Source of the DNA: Octopus sinensis
Lineage: Eukaryota
Assembly: GCF_006345805.1 (NCBI RefSeq)
Contig: NC_043025.1
Location: 4,650,001-4,714,000 of the forward strand
Reading direction: 5' to 3'
Length of the DNA stretch: 64,000 nucleotides
In this document: positions 1 to 43,147 of the stretch, piece after piece
Layout of the letters: every line of letters begins with the position of its first letter
How positions within the stretch are numbered: position 1 is the first letter of the stretch
Made by a program: the position numbers and the translations under genes
The notes under the pieces: generated by a model
Seen by the model: the letters and a program-made list of their open reading frames with translations, nothing else
Told to the model about the DNA's origin: nothing
Databases searched by the model: none

Positions 1-50
1 GTCATTTAATGTCCGTTTTCCATGCTGGCATGGGTTGGACGGTTTGACTG

Positions 51-285
51 AGGCGGCGAGCTGGCAGAAACGTTAGCACGCCGGGCGAAATGCTTTGCGG
101 TATTTCGTCTGCCGTTACGTTCTGAGTTCAAATTCCGCCGAGGTCGACTTTGCCTTTCATCCTTTCAGGGTCGATAAATTAAAGTACCAGTTACGCACTG
201 GGGTCGATTTAATCGACTTAATACCTATGTCTGTCCTTGTTTGTCCCCTCTATGTTTAGCCCCTTGTGGGTAATAAAGAAATAGG
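51..285 (+). mobile_element. tRNA-derived SINE family M, monomer
   Basis: Head AGGCGGCGAGCTGGCAGAA (A-box-like), GAGTTCAAATTCC (B-box-like), body GGTCGACTTTGCCTTTCATCCTTT, tail TAAAGAAATAGG. Further copies near 9710, 10148, 12337, 13880, 22190(-), 30470, 38000. Confidence 0.85.
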
Positions 286-748
286 TTTGACTGAGGACTG
301 GCAAACCAGATGGCTGCACCAGGCTCAATCTGATCTAGCAAGTTTCTATAGCTAGATGCCCTTCCTAACGCCAACCACTCCGAGTGTATAGTGGGTGCTT
401 TTATGTACCACTTGTCAGTCAGGCGAAACTGGCAGCGGCCACGCTCAAATGGCGCTTTTTATGTGCCACCTGCACACCAGTACAAGTGCCAGTAAGGCGA
501 TGCAGGTAACGATCACACTCGAATAGTGCTTTTTATGTGCCATCGGCACGGGGGCCAGCTTGTTCTGGCAATGATCACGCTCGTATGGTACTTGTATGGT
601 ATATATGTATGTATATATATGTATGTACATATATATGTCTATCTATACTAGCAATATAGGATGAAGTCCCTTTCTCTACAGAAAAGGAATCCATCAGGAA
701 GCGTGGGCAGTATATTTAAAAAAACCGTTACGGTTGAAGTATAAACAT

Positions 749-1179
749 CATATAATTAAGGGCTAAAGAGGGTTATTCTAAAGCCAATACACTGATTTAT
801 CCACTTATAATCCGCTTGCTACAGGAGAATTGAAACTGAAAACGGGCAACTAACCTTTAGAAAATTTAAATTCCGTTATCTCTATATTGAATCAATTTCG
901 GAAATACTCAATTTCGGATGTACTCAAGTGTAGTTATGTTTTTAGCTTGTGCTTTTTCCATGATCATACGTGAGTATTTTATTTATATCCCATCGAAAGC
1001 TCTACTGAAGAAAGAATATATCTTTTCCGAAATTGATTCAATATAGCGATAACGGAATTAAAATTTTCTAAAGGTTAGTTGCCCGTTTTCAGTTTCAATT
1101 CTCCTGTAGCAAGCGGATTATAAGTGGATAAATCAGTGTATTGGCTTTAGAATAACCCTCTTTAGCCCTTAATTATATG
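749..1179. repeat. Long inverted repeat (fold-back), 156-bp arms 749-904 and 1024-1179, 119-bp spacer
   Basis: Arms are reverse complements with 2 mismatches seen. The enclosing block 648-1173 is flanked by direct tatatgtctatctata. Confidence 0.93.
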
Positions 1180-1397
1180 TCTATCTATATATATGTCTAT
1201 CTATATATATGTATATATATATATATGTATACATATTTATGTATGTATATATATATATTATATATATGTGTGTGTGTGTGTGTGTGGTGTGTGTATGTAT
1301 GTATGTATATGTATGTATATATATATGTTATATATATATGTGTGTATGTATGTATAATATATATATGTATATATATATATATATATGTATATGTATA

Positions 1398-1428
<31 letters not shown>

Positions 1429-1601
1429 CTGCTGTGATTTTTGCTACTAGGTATCGGTTAAACTTTTGATTAATCTACTACAAGATTATTCATCTTTCTA
1501 TTTCACATAATATATATATATATATGTATATATATATATGAATATATATATATGTATATATATATATGAATATATATATAATATATATATATGTATGTAT
1601 G

Positions 1602-1633
<32 letters not shown>

Positions 1634-1808
1634 ATATATGTATGTATGTATGTATATATATATATGTATGTATGATATATATATATGTAATATATATATA
1701 TATGTATGTATGTATAATATATATATATAGTATGTATATATATATATGTATGTATATATATATATATGTATGTATATATATATGTATGTATATATATATA
1801 TATGTATG

Positions 1809-1839
<31 letters not shown>

Positions 1840-1992
1840 ATATATATATGTGTATGTATATATATATATATATGTATGTATGTATATATATATATGTATG
1901 TATATATATATATATATGTATGTATATATATATGTATGCATGTATATATATATATATGTGTGTGTGTGTATGTATGTATATATATGTATGTG

Positions 1993-2031
<39 letters not shown>

Positions 2032-2040
2032 ATACATATC
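1180..2040. repeat. Compound (TA)/(TATG)/(TG) microsatellites
   Basis: Direct reading; a unique ~80-bp spacer at 1430-1505. Similar tracts at 12700-13200, 34340-34930, 54900-56200, 57340-57700, 58160-58620. Confidence 0.95.
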
Positions 2041-2105
2041 AAACAATACTTGATGATGAAAACTATACCTCTCTAATATCTTGTTTTATTCCTCTTCCCC
2101 TGCAG

Positions 2106-31979
<29,874 letters not shown>

Positions 31980-32059
31980 GCAGTCACGCTCGACTGAACA
32001 CTCACCTGCTGACGTTCCCCACAGTCACACTGAACCGTTTCATAGAACATTTGATACTG

Positions 32060-32076
32060 CTACTACTATTTATGTC

Positions 32077-32117
<41 letters not shown>

Positions 32118-32898
32118 GGTGGTAAGCTGGCAGAATCATTAGCATGCTGGGCGAAATGCTTAGCAGTATCTTGTCAGCCTTCAGATTAAGAGTTCAAATT
32201 TCGTCGAGGTCGACTTTGTCTTTCATCCTCTCGGGATCAATAAATTAAGTACCAGTTGCATACTAGGGTTGATGTAATCGACTGACTTCCTCCCCCAAAA
32301 TTTCAGGTCCTGTGCCTACAGTAGAAAAGATCATTATTATTATTGAGTGAGAGAGCAGTTCATGCCATCAAGGTGACACTGGGGTAAAATATACGAAGCC
32401 AAGTATACCCATCATGACTAGCCGTGTGATAAGGGTACACCAGGCACATGCATCAAAACCATATGTGCATGACATGGTGATCTCATACAAAGATAAACAG
32501 CACATGACCTTGCAGGTGGGGCCCAGTTAGAATTTTCTTCGGGTTGAGTAGCCCATCCTGCTCAAAAGGTCCCTGAATAAGGGTTGTTTAAGGATGTTGA
32601 AAGAACCACCCATGTTTCCAAAGGTGAATTATCCAAACCCCAAAGAATTCCTTTCAACACACGGCTATGATGCTCCCCCACTACTTCTGCTTGTGATCAG
32701 AGATGCCCATATCGTCAGCCACTAAGGGACATGCTCAACTGATTAAAGTCAAACAACTGACGAGCAAATCTGTGGTATTGAGCAGAATATTTGCTATAGG
32801 CCATCTTTTATACCAAGACAAAACAATGTACATGATAACACTTCCAATCAGTTAAGATCAGAAGCCATGAGAGCCACTGCCTGGTACTGCATCAGGGC

Positions 32899-32946
<48 letters not shown>

Positions 32947-33218
32947 TACTAAGGCGGCAAGCTGGCAGGATCATTAGCACGCCAAGCAAAATGTTTAGCA
33001 AGACTTTGTCTGTCATTACATTCTGAGTTCGAATTCCACCAAGGTCGACACTGCCTTTCACCCTGTCGGGGTTGATAAAATGACATCCAGTTGTGTATTA
33101 AGATTGATGTAGTCGACTAGACCCCTTCCCCAAAAAATTTCAGGCCTTGTGCCTATTGTAGAAAGGATTGTTATTATTATTATTTTCATATTTATGATTA
33201 TTATTATTATTATTATTA

Positions 33219-33268
<50 letters not shown>

Positions 33269-33323
33269 GTTATTGTTATTATTATTTTCATATTTATTAT
33301 TATTATTGTTATTATTATTTTCA

Positions 33324-33370
<47 letters not shown>

Positions 33371-33443
33371 GCTATTATTATTATTTTCATATTTATTATT
33401 ATTATTATTATTATTATTGTTATTATTATTATTATTATTTTCA

Positions 33444-33478
<35 letters not shown>

Positions 33479-33480
33479 AA
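32060..33480. repeat. (ATT)n tracts interspersed with SINE fragments, downstream of the CYLD stop
   Basis: ATT runs at 32070-32115, 32900-32945 and 33170-33477. Confidence 0.85.
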
Positions 33481-33734
33481 AGTGGCAAGCTGGCAGAATC
33501 AGTAGCACACCAGGCAAAGCGGCTAGTCCCCTCCCTCCAAATTTCAGGCCTTGTACCTTTTGTAGAAAAGATTGTTATTATTGTTATCATAATCATCATC
33601 ATTATTATTATTACACCTCTTCTAACTACAGGTCAGTGGATGGAAGAGCAGTGCCTGGTTATCTGCCCTCATGTTCCGTCTTCCCCTGTCCTTTAAGTCT
33701 GTCTTCACTTGACACCATTCCAAAGTCAATAAAA

Positions 33735-34041
33735 TGTGTTAGTCATGTGCAAGGGACAATATATATTGACTCAAAAATTACAATATATTATAAAATGTGT
33801 TACAGTCATGTGCAAGGGACAATATATATTGACTCTAACATTACAATATATTATAAAATGTGTTACAGTCATGTGCAAGGGACAATATATATTGACTCTA
33901 AAATTACATTATATTATAAAATGTGTTACAGTCATGTGCAAGGGACAATATATATTGACTCTAAAATTACAATATATTATAAAATGTGTTACAGTCATGT
34001 GCAAGGGACAATATATATTGACTCTAACATTACAATATATT
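33735..34041. repeat. 63-bp tandem repeat, about 5 copies
   Basis: Units start at 33735, 33796, 33859, 33922, 33985. Confidence 0.95.
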
Positions 34042-34702
34042 GTGATAATCCATCATTATTCTGGATAACTTTGCTTTATATATCATTTCACTAGTAATAT
34101 ATTTACAATGGGACTCATCCAAAAGTATTTAATTCCATTTTGCACCATGTGTGGCTTTGAGCCAAAACTAGTTGTTTAACCTCATCCCCTGATACGGCCA
34201 GCACTTAAACCCTAATCATCGCTTCCCCCCACACACACAGTCACAGGAGGCTTTTTATGGGCCTGACTCTTCTATCTTCTGCTAAAGCCTCAGGCTGATC
34301 AAAGCCTTGTGAGTGAATTTGGAAGACAGAAACTGAAAGAACCCCATCCTTTGTATATATGTGTATATTTATATGTGTATATGTATCTGTATATATATAT
34401 ATGTGTGTGTGTGTATATATATATGTGTGTGTATATGTATTTGTGTATATATGTATCTATATATCTATGTATGTGTGTGTATATATATGTGTGTGTATAT
34501 GTATGTGTGTATATATGTATCTATATATCTATGTGTGTGTGTGTATATATATGTGTGTGTATATGTGTGTGTGTATATATGTATCTATATATCTATATGT
34601 GTGTGTGTATATATATGTATATGTGTATACATATATACATGTATGTGTGTATATATATATATATGTGTGTGTGTATATGTATATATATATATATATATGT
34701 AC

Positions 34703-34738
<36 letters not shown>

Positions 34739-34756
34739 AAAATGTGTGTATATATG

Positions 34757-34798
<42 letters not shown>

Positions 34799-35016
34799 TG
34801 TGTGTGTGTGTGTATATATATATATGTGTGTGTCTATATATATATATACACACGTGTGTGTATATAATTAGATATACAATATGCATGTATATAAACATAC
34901 ACACACACACACATATATATATATAATTGAATCGAACATTAAAAATAACAATACAACAAAAGCCAAAAAGACTTACCCATTGAATGTATTAGCTGGATTT
35001 AATTATTATTTTGTTA

Positions 35017-35065
<49 letters not shown>

Positions 35066-36151
35066 CTTTTATTGAAGACAAATTTCTTCATTTGTTCCCC
35101 GCCCCCCTTACATCTAGTTGGTTTTGACTTTAGCCCTATTGTGCAGCACCTTGGAAAGGGTCTTCCACTAGGGTGTTGAGCCAACCAAGCAAATTTGGTA
35201 GGCAGAAACTGTGGAAGCCTGCCACACACCCACACACACATCAAAAAAGAGTTACCTAAAATATAAATTTATAGGCTTTTCATTATCATCATCATCATTT
35301 AACGTCCGCTTTCCATGCTAGCATGGGTTGGACGATTTTGACTGAGGACTGGCGAACCAGGTGGCTGCGCCAGGCTCCAGTCTGATCTGGCAGAGTTTCT
35401 TCAGCTGGATGCCCTTCCTAACGCCAACCACTCCGAGAAAGTAGCGGGTGCTTTTTACGTGCCACCGGCACGGGGGCCAGTCAGGCGGTACTGGCAATGA
35501 CCTCGCTCAAATCTTTTTACACATACCACTGGCACAGGTGCCAGTGAAGCGACGTTGGTAACGATCACGCTTTAATGGTGCCCTTTTACGTGCAACGGGT
35601 ACAGAAGCCAGTTGGCTGCTCTGGCAACGATCACGCTCGGATGGTGCTCTTGGCACCCTACTAGCACAGGCATAAGCGCCAAAAATAAATATCTTTAAAA
35701 AAAAAGGCAACTGTCAGGAACACTTTGGAAGGAAATTTTCAAACATATATGCTATACACATGTTTGTATGTGTGCATATGTACATAGGCACAGGAGTGGC
35801 TGTGTGGTAAGTAGCTTGCTTACAAACCACATGGTTCCGGTTTCAGTCCCACTGCGTGGCACCTTGGGCAAGTGTCTTCTACTATAGCCTCGGGCCAACC
35901 AAAGCCTTGTGAGTGGATTTGGTAGACGGAAACTGAAAGAAGCCCGTCGTATACATATATATATATATGTATGTGTTTGTGAGTCTGTGCTTGTCCCCCT
36001 AGCATTGCTTGACAACCGATGCTGGTGTGTTTATGTCCCCGTTACTTAGCGGTTTGGCAAAAGAACCGATAGAATAAGTACTGAGCTTAAAGGCAGTGCT
36101 CCAGCATGGCCACAGTCAAATGACTGAAACAAGTAAAAGAGTAAAGAGTAA

Positions 36152-36183
<32 letters not shown>

Positions 36184-37000
36184 GCATGTGTACATAGTTT
36201 TGTGTTTGTTCCCCCTCTTCACTTAAAAATTGGCCCTGGTGTTGGTTTATTTACATCCCCATAACTTAGCAGTCTGGCAAACGAGACAGATGCCAGTAAG
36301 TAGCACACTTAGAGAATAAGTTCAGGGATTAGCTTCGCTCAAATAAACCCCTAAAGGCCGCACCCCAGAATAACCAGAACCCACTGACTGAAACAAAGGC
36401 AAAAAAAAAAAAAAAAAGACAATACTCAAGTGAAACGTGATTCTGTGGTGTTCATGCTGTTCTCTCGTCACTGAGGCTGAGATATAAATAAACAGAAACC
36501 AACTTTTTTCTGATTTGTATGCTTTTGTGGAAGGTTTTTCAGCTGTGCAAACCAATGTCCCCAACCGAGCAAACGAACGCAGCTTCACAAATTGAAATAA
36601 TTATTTTTGTAATAAATAAAGTTATTGAACAATGTTGCTGTTGCCGTTGTTGTTGTTGTTTAGCCCCCGGGTCAGTCATGGTGTAGCCGACCAGTGATTA
36701 AAGGCATTCCGTTCATGAGCAGGTGTGGTAAGAAGCTTGCTTCCGGTCGTACGACGAGGTCATATCTTTTTGTGCTGGTAAGCGTTTTGCTATTATAGAA
36801 TTCCATTTTTTAAAAAAATTGTTATCATATTTATTCATGAGTGACTGTGTGGTAAGTAGCTCTTTTACCAACCACATGGTTCCGGGTTCAGTCCCACTGC
36901 GTGGCACCTTGGGCAAGTGTCTTCTACTATAGCCTCGGGCCGACCAAAGCCTTGTGAGTGGATTTGGTAGACGGAAACTGAAAGAAGCCCGTCGTATATA

Positions 37001-37490
37001 TCTATATATATAAAACTGTAGTTGTGTGAGTGTCTGTCCCCTTCGATTTAGATTCCTAACTACTCCCACATTTTGCGGTGCAGTTTAACCAAATTCGGGT
37101 ATCTTAAAGTCGTAATTCATATCGAGCCCGTCTGAGTATTAGCGCGCGTCTACGATTTTACATAATTTTTTATTCCATTTTAATGCATAATTTTTCGTGT
37201 GTCGATGGCGGCGGAGTTGGCGTCCATGGTCACACCTGCACCTGTTTGCTTCTCCCCCTTCTTCCCTCCCTCGTGAAGCTGTGGGGAAGGCAGGGTAAGG
37301 AAATCAACGTTGTAAAGTGTTGTCAAGGAGACCAGCGTTCTTTTAGAACATCGACTTCATGGCTTGAAGACACCAAAACAGAAATGGCTAAGAAAGCCCG
37401 AATTGGCATCTATAAGGGAAGTAACTCTCTAAAAATGCTTATATAGTTATTTCCCTTACAAACCCGAGCAACGCCAGGCGATACTGCTAG
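37001..37490 (+). mobile_element. Non-autonomous Helitron
   Basis: 5' TCTATATATATAAAAC; last ~70 bp nearly identical to the 2536-2909 element; ends CTAG then T. Confidence 0.72.
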
Positions 37491-39377
37491 TGTAGATATA
37501 TAAGTGTGTGTGTGTTTGTGTGTCTGTGTTTGTCCCCCTAGCATTGCTTGACAACCGATGCTGGTGTGTTTACGTCCCCGTCACTTAGCGGTTCGGGAAA
37601 AGAGACCGATAGAATAAGTACTGGGCTTACAAAGAATAAGTCCCGGGGTCGATTTGCTCGACTAAAGGCGGTGCTCCAGCATGGCTGCAGTCAAATGACT
37701 GAAACAAGTAAAAGAGAGTAAAGAGTAACAAACACTTCCTGCCGATTGCTGCTTACCCGAGAACATTGCTCTTTTATATTATATTCACCAGGTAACAAAC
37801 CTCATACATTTTTCACAATTCTATAACAAGCGCCTTCTACTATAGCCTCGGGCCAACCAAAGCCTTGTGAGTGGATTTGGTAGACGGAAACTGAAAGAAG
37901 CCTGTTGTATACATATATATGTGTGTGTCTTTGTGCCTCTGTTTGTGCCCCCCCCCCTCCCATCACCGCTTGACAATCGGTGTTGGTTTGTTTATAAGGC
38001 GGTGAGCTGGCAGAAACGTTGGCACGCTGGGCGAAATGCTTAGCCGTATTTCGTCTGCCGTTATGTTCTGAGTTCAAATTCCGCCAACGTCGACTTTGCC
38101 TTTCATCCTTTCAGGGTCAATAAAATAAGTACCAGTTACGCACTGGGGTCGATGTAATCGACTTAATACCTATGTCTGTCCTTGTTTGTCCTTGTTTGTC
38201 CCCTCTGTGTTTAGCTCCTTCTGGGTAGTAAAGAGATAGGTATTGGTTTGTTTATGTCCCCGTAACTTGGCGGTTCAGCAAAAGAGACTAGGCTTGAGAA
38301 ATAAGTCCTGGAGTCGATTTGTTTGATTTCATGGCGGTGCTCCAGCATGGCCGCAGTCAAATGACTGAAACAAGTAAGAAGAAAAAGAAAAAAGCACAAA
38401 AATGAGGCACTAAGACTCTTACCTTTATTTTGAACTTTCATGCCCGACCAGGCTCCTCGTCTCCTTCAAAAACCTGGACAGTGCCAAGTCGGGACATTTT
38501 AATATAAATCTAAAGGTGTCCTCGGGGAAGGAATTCATCACTCTGCACAAATCAGTCTCCCATATGACCTCTGCAGCCACCTGCAAGTTTTGGTGTCCAA
38601 ATACTCTTTACTCTTTTACTTGTTTCAGTCATTTGACTGCGGCCATGCTGGAGCACCGCCTCTAATCGAGCAACTCGACCCCAGGACTTATTCTTTGTAA
38701 GCCCAGTACTTATTCTATCGGTCTCTTTTGCCGAACCGCTAAGTAACGGGGACGTAAACACACCAGCATCGGTTGTCAAGCAATGCTAGGGGGACAAGCA
38801 CAGACTCACAAACACATATATACACATATATATATATATGTATACGACGGGCTTCTTTCAGTTTCCGTCTACCAAATCCACTCACAAGGTTTTGGTCAGC
38901 TTGAGGCTATAGTAGAAGACACTTGCCCAAGGTGCCACGCAGTGGGACTGAACCTGGAACCATGTGGTTGGTAAGCAAGCTACTTACCACACAGCCACTG
39001 CTGGCACACACATATTAAAATTTGACAGAAATCATTTCATGCTATTTTGAAATCTCCTCCAGTAAATCTAGTCTGGTTTGTGTGAACTTATTTGTGCTAC
39101 ATTTTCATGAATGACAACAATCTCACTACATCTTTGTGAATACGAACTTGTTGCTAAAACCTGTCTGCATCAACAATCCAGTATTGTTATGTGTTATCGT
39201 GACCCAGAATCAATGTCATTTCATATGTGCAGTCATGCTTATTACATATTGTGTGTCAGCTGTTTTCATTCTGTTGTGTATGCATAGGTATGGGGCTGTC
39301 ATCATCATCATCATCATCGTTTAACGTCCGTTTTCCATGCTGGCATGGGTTGGACGGTTCGAACGGTGTCTGTGAAG

Positions 39378-40360
39378 CCAGGTGGCTGTACCAGGCCTCA
39401 GTCTGGAAGCCAGGTGGCTGTGCCAGGCCCAGTCTGGGGAGCCAGGTTGCTGCACCAGGCTCCAGTCTGGGAAGCCAGGTTGCTGCACCAGGCTCCAGTC
39501 TTGGAAGCCAGGAGGCTGCACCAGGCTCCAGTCTGGGAATCCAGGTGGCTGCACCAGGCTCTAGTCTGGGAAGGCAGGTGGCTGCACTGGGCTCCAGTCT
39601 GGGAAGCCAGGTGGCTGCACCAGGCTCCAGTCTGGGGAGCCAGGTGGCTGCACCAGGCTCCAGTCTGGGAAGCCAGGTGGCTGCACCAGGCTCCAGTCTG
39701 GGGAGCCAGGTGGCTGCACCAGCCTCCAGTCTGGGGAGCCAGGTGGCTGCACCAGCCTCCAGTCTGGGGAGCCAGGTGGCTGCACCAGCCTCCAGTCTGG
39801 GGAGCCAGGTGGCTGCACCAGCCTCCAGTCTGGGGAGCCAGGTGGCTGCACCAGCCACCAGTCTGGGGAGCCAGGCGGCTGCACCAGGCTCCAGTCTGGG
39901 GAGCCAGGCGGCTGCACCAGGCTCCAGTCTGGGAAGCCAGGTGGCTGCACCAGGCTCCAGTCTGGGGAGCCAGGTGGCTGCACCAGCCTCCAGTCTGGGG
40001 AGCCAGGTGGCTGCACCAGCCTCCAGTCTGGGGAGCCAGGTGGCTGCACCAGCCTCCAGTCTGGGGAGCCAGGTGGCTGCACCAGCCTCCAGTCTGGGGA
40101 GCCAGGTGGCTGCACCATCCTCCAGTCTGGGACTCCAGGTGGCTGCACCAGGCTCCAGTCTGAGAAGCCAGGTGGCTGCACCAGGCTCCAGTCTGAGAAG
40201 CCAGGTGGCTGCACCAACCTCCAATCTGGGGAGCCAGGTGGCTGCACCAGGCTCCAGTCTGGGACTCCAGGTGGCTGCACCAGGCTCCAGTCTGGGAATC
40301 CAGGTGACTGCACCAGGCTCCAGTCTGGGAAGCCAGGTGGCTGCATCAGGCTCCATTCTG
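39378..40360. repeat. 33-bp minisatellite (CCAGGTGGCTGCACCAGGCTCCAGTCTGGGAAG), about 29-30 copies, inside an RTE 3' UTR
   Basis: Unit matches a segment present once in other UTR copies; normal UTR sequence resumes on both sides. Confidence 0.95.
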
Positions 40361-41029
40361 ATCTGGCAATGTTTCTACAGCTGGATGCCCTTCCTAATGC
40401 CAACCACTCCGTGAGTGTAGTGAGTACTTTTTATGTGCCACCAGCACAGGGGCCAGGAGAGGCTGGCAATGGCCATGAACAGTTGGTGCCTTTTACGTGC
40501 CACCAGCACGGATGCCAGTCAAGGTGGCTGGCCACGTTTGGATGCTGCTCTTCACATGCCAAGAAATTTGTTTCCCATCCATATGGCTCTGGGTTCAGTC
40601 CTACTATGTGGCACCTTGAGCAAGTATCTTCTACTATGGCCCTTGGTCGACCAAAGCCTTGTGAGTTGATTTGGTTATTGTTCAGTGATGACTGCCAGGA
40701 AATAAAGGATTGCTCAACCCCCTGGCTAGTCCCTATTATTCTGTAAGGAGCATAGTGCTGGTTTACCAGTTTCATCGGCGCCAGTGCCATCATCATCATC
40801 ATTGTCATTATGGTCTTTGTTGCCGCTGAGGTCGACTTTGCCTTTCCTCCTTTCGGCGTTGATTAAATAAGTACCAGTTATGCACTGGGGGGGGGGGCAT
40901 ATATTCGACTTACCCCCCTCCCTGCAAATTTCAGACCTTGAGTCTATAATGGAAAGGATTATCATCATCATTGTCGTCATCATCATCATAATCATTACTA
41001 TCATCATCATTATCACCACCACCACCACC

Positions 41030-42894
41030 GCCAGAGAGAGAGAGAGAGAGGATGGCTGAAGAAATAGTGAGAAAGGGAGAGAGGAAGGGGAGGAGAGGGA
41101 GAGATGGTGAGGGGAAGAGATTGGGAGATGGGGAGGAGAGGAGGAGATTGGGAAAGAGAGAGGGAGAGAGAGAGAGAGAAAGACATTGAGAGAGAGGAAG
41201 AAGGGAGAGAAAGATGTAGAATGGGGGAGAGAGTGAGAGAGAGAAGGACAGGGTGAGAGAGGTGGACAAAGAAAGAGAGAGGGAGAGATGGCAAGGGAAG
41301 GAAAGTGGTGGAGAGGAAGTGAGAGGGGGAGAGGGAAAGAGAAGCAGAGAGAAGGAGATGAAGAGATGTAGATTGGCAAAGAGAGAGAGAGAGAGAGAGA
41401 AAGAGGGTGAGAGAGAGTGGATGAGGTGAGAGAGGTACATAGGGAAAGAGAGAGAGAGTGAGAGAGGTGCACAGGGAAAGAGAGAGAGATGGTGAGAGAG
41501 GTAGACAGAGAAAGAGAGAGGGTGAGAGAGGTAGACAGAGAAAGAGAAAGAGAGAGAGAGAGAGGTAAACAGAGAAAGAGATAGGGTGAGAGAGGTAGAC
41601 AGAGAAAGAGAAAGAGAGAGAGAGAGAGGTAAACAGAGAAAGAGAGAGGCTGAGAGAGGTAGACAGAGAAAGAGAAAGAGAGAGAGAGAGAGGTAAACAG
41701 AGAAAGAGATAGGGTGAGAGAGGTAGACAGAGAAAGAGAAAGAGAGAGAGAGAGGTAGACAGAGAAAGAGAAAGAGAGAGAGAGAGGTAAACAGAGAAAG
41801 AGATAGGGTGAGAGAGGTAGACAGAGAAAGAGAAAGAGAGAGAGAGAGAGAGAGTAAACAGAGAAAGAGATAGGGTGAGAGAGGTAGACAGAGAAAGAGA
41901 AAGAGAGAGAGAGAGAGATGTGAACAGAGAGAGAGAGAGAGGTAACAGAGAAAGATAGGGTGAGAGAGGTAGACAGAGAAAGAGAAAGAGGAGAAGGAGA
42001 GTAAACAGAGAAAGAGATATGTGAGAGTAGGTATACAGATAAAGAGAAAGACGAGAGAGAAGAGAGTTAAACAGAGAAAGAGATAGGGTGAGAGAGGTAG
42101 ACAGAGAAAGAGAAAAGAGAGAGATAGAGAGAGTGTAAACAGAGAAGATAGGGTGAGAGAGGTAGACAGAGAAAGAGAAAGAGAGAGAGAGAGAGAGGTA
42201 AACAGAGAAAGAGATAGGGTGAGAGAGGTAGACAGAGAAAGAGAAAGAGAGAGAGAGAGAGAGGTAGACAGAGAAAGAGAAAGAGAGAGAGAGAGAGAGG
42301 TAAACAGAGAAAGAGATAGGGTGAGAGAGGTAGACAGAGAAAGAGAAAGAGAGAGAGAGAGAGGTAGACAGAGAAAGAGAAAGAGAGAGAGAGAGAGGTA
42401 AACAGAGAAAGAGATAGGGTGAGAGAGGTAGACAGAGAAAGAGAAAGAGAGAGAGAGAGAGAGGTAAACAGAGAAAGAGATAGGGTGAGAGAGGTAGACA
42501 GAGAAAGAGAAAGAGAGAGAGAGAGAGAGGTAAACAGAGAAAGAGATAGGGTGAGAGAGGTAGACAGAGAAAGAGAAAGAGAGAGAGAGAGAGAGGTAAA
42601 CAGAGAAAGAGATAGGGTGAGAGAGGTAGACAGAGAAAGAGAAAGAGAGAGAGAGAGAGGTAGACAGAGAAAGACAGAGAGAGAGGTTGACAGAGAAAGA
42701 GAGAGAGGGTGAGAGAGGTAGACAGAGAAAGAGAAAGAGAGAGAGAGAGGGGTAGACAGAGAAAGAGAGAGAGGGTGAGAGAGGTAGACAGAAAGAGAAA
42801 GAGGGAGATGGGTGAAAGAAAAACGAGGAGAAAAAGAAGAGGAGAAGGTGAAGAGACCTGGAGAAAGAAGGAGAGAGAGAGAGAGAGAAAGAGC

Positions 42895-42928
<34 letters not shown>

Positions 42929-42960
42929 AGACAGACTGACAGACAGAGAGATACACAGCC
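41030..42960. repeat. Polypurine (GA)n tract with a ~62-64-bp higher-order repeat
   Basis: GAGAGAGGTAGACAGAGAAAGAGAAA(GA)nGGTAAACAGAGAAAGAGATAGGGT repeated across about 41480-42800. Confidence 0.93.
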
Positions 42961-43147
42961 AGACAAAGATTAACAATAGAAATGTTTTTTGGTACAGAAA
43001 ACAAAAGTTTCAATGTTTCTTTGCTCTAAATTCTTTTTACAAGTCCAAATTCTATCTTTCCTTCTTTTTAACTGCTGGGTTTTGCTTTTTTTTCTATGTT
43101 TTTTTTTGTTTCTATGTTTTTTTTTCTTGTTATATTATTTACCAAGA

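Noticed and set aside
1177-2076. Long YI/MYV/HT-rich ORFs here and at 12660-13300, 34309-34926, 54849-56215, 57336-58727
   Set aside because: Translations of (TA)/(TG)/(TATG) microsatellites; no coding signal.
33636-34094. 152-aa ORF with a 21-aa repeat
   Set aside because: Arises from the 63-bp tandem repeat; no splice or homology support.
40726-43013. 681-aa and 666-aa Leu/Ser/Phe ORFs
   Set aside because: Reverse-strand reading of the (GA)n tract.
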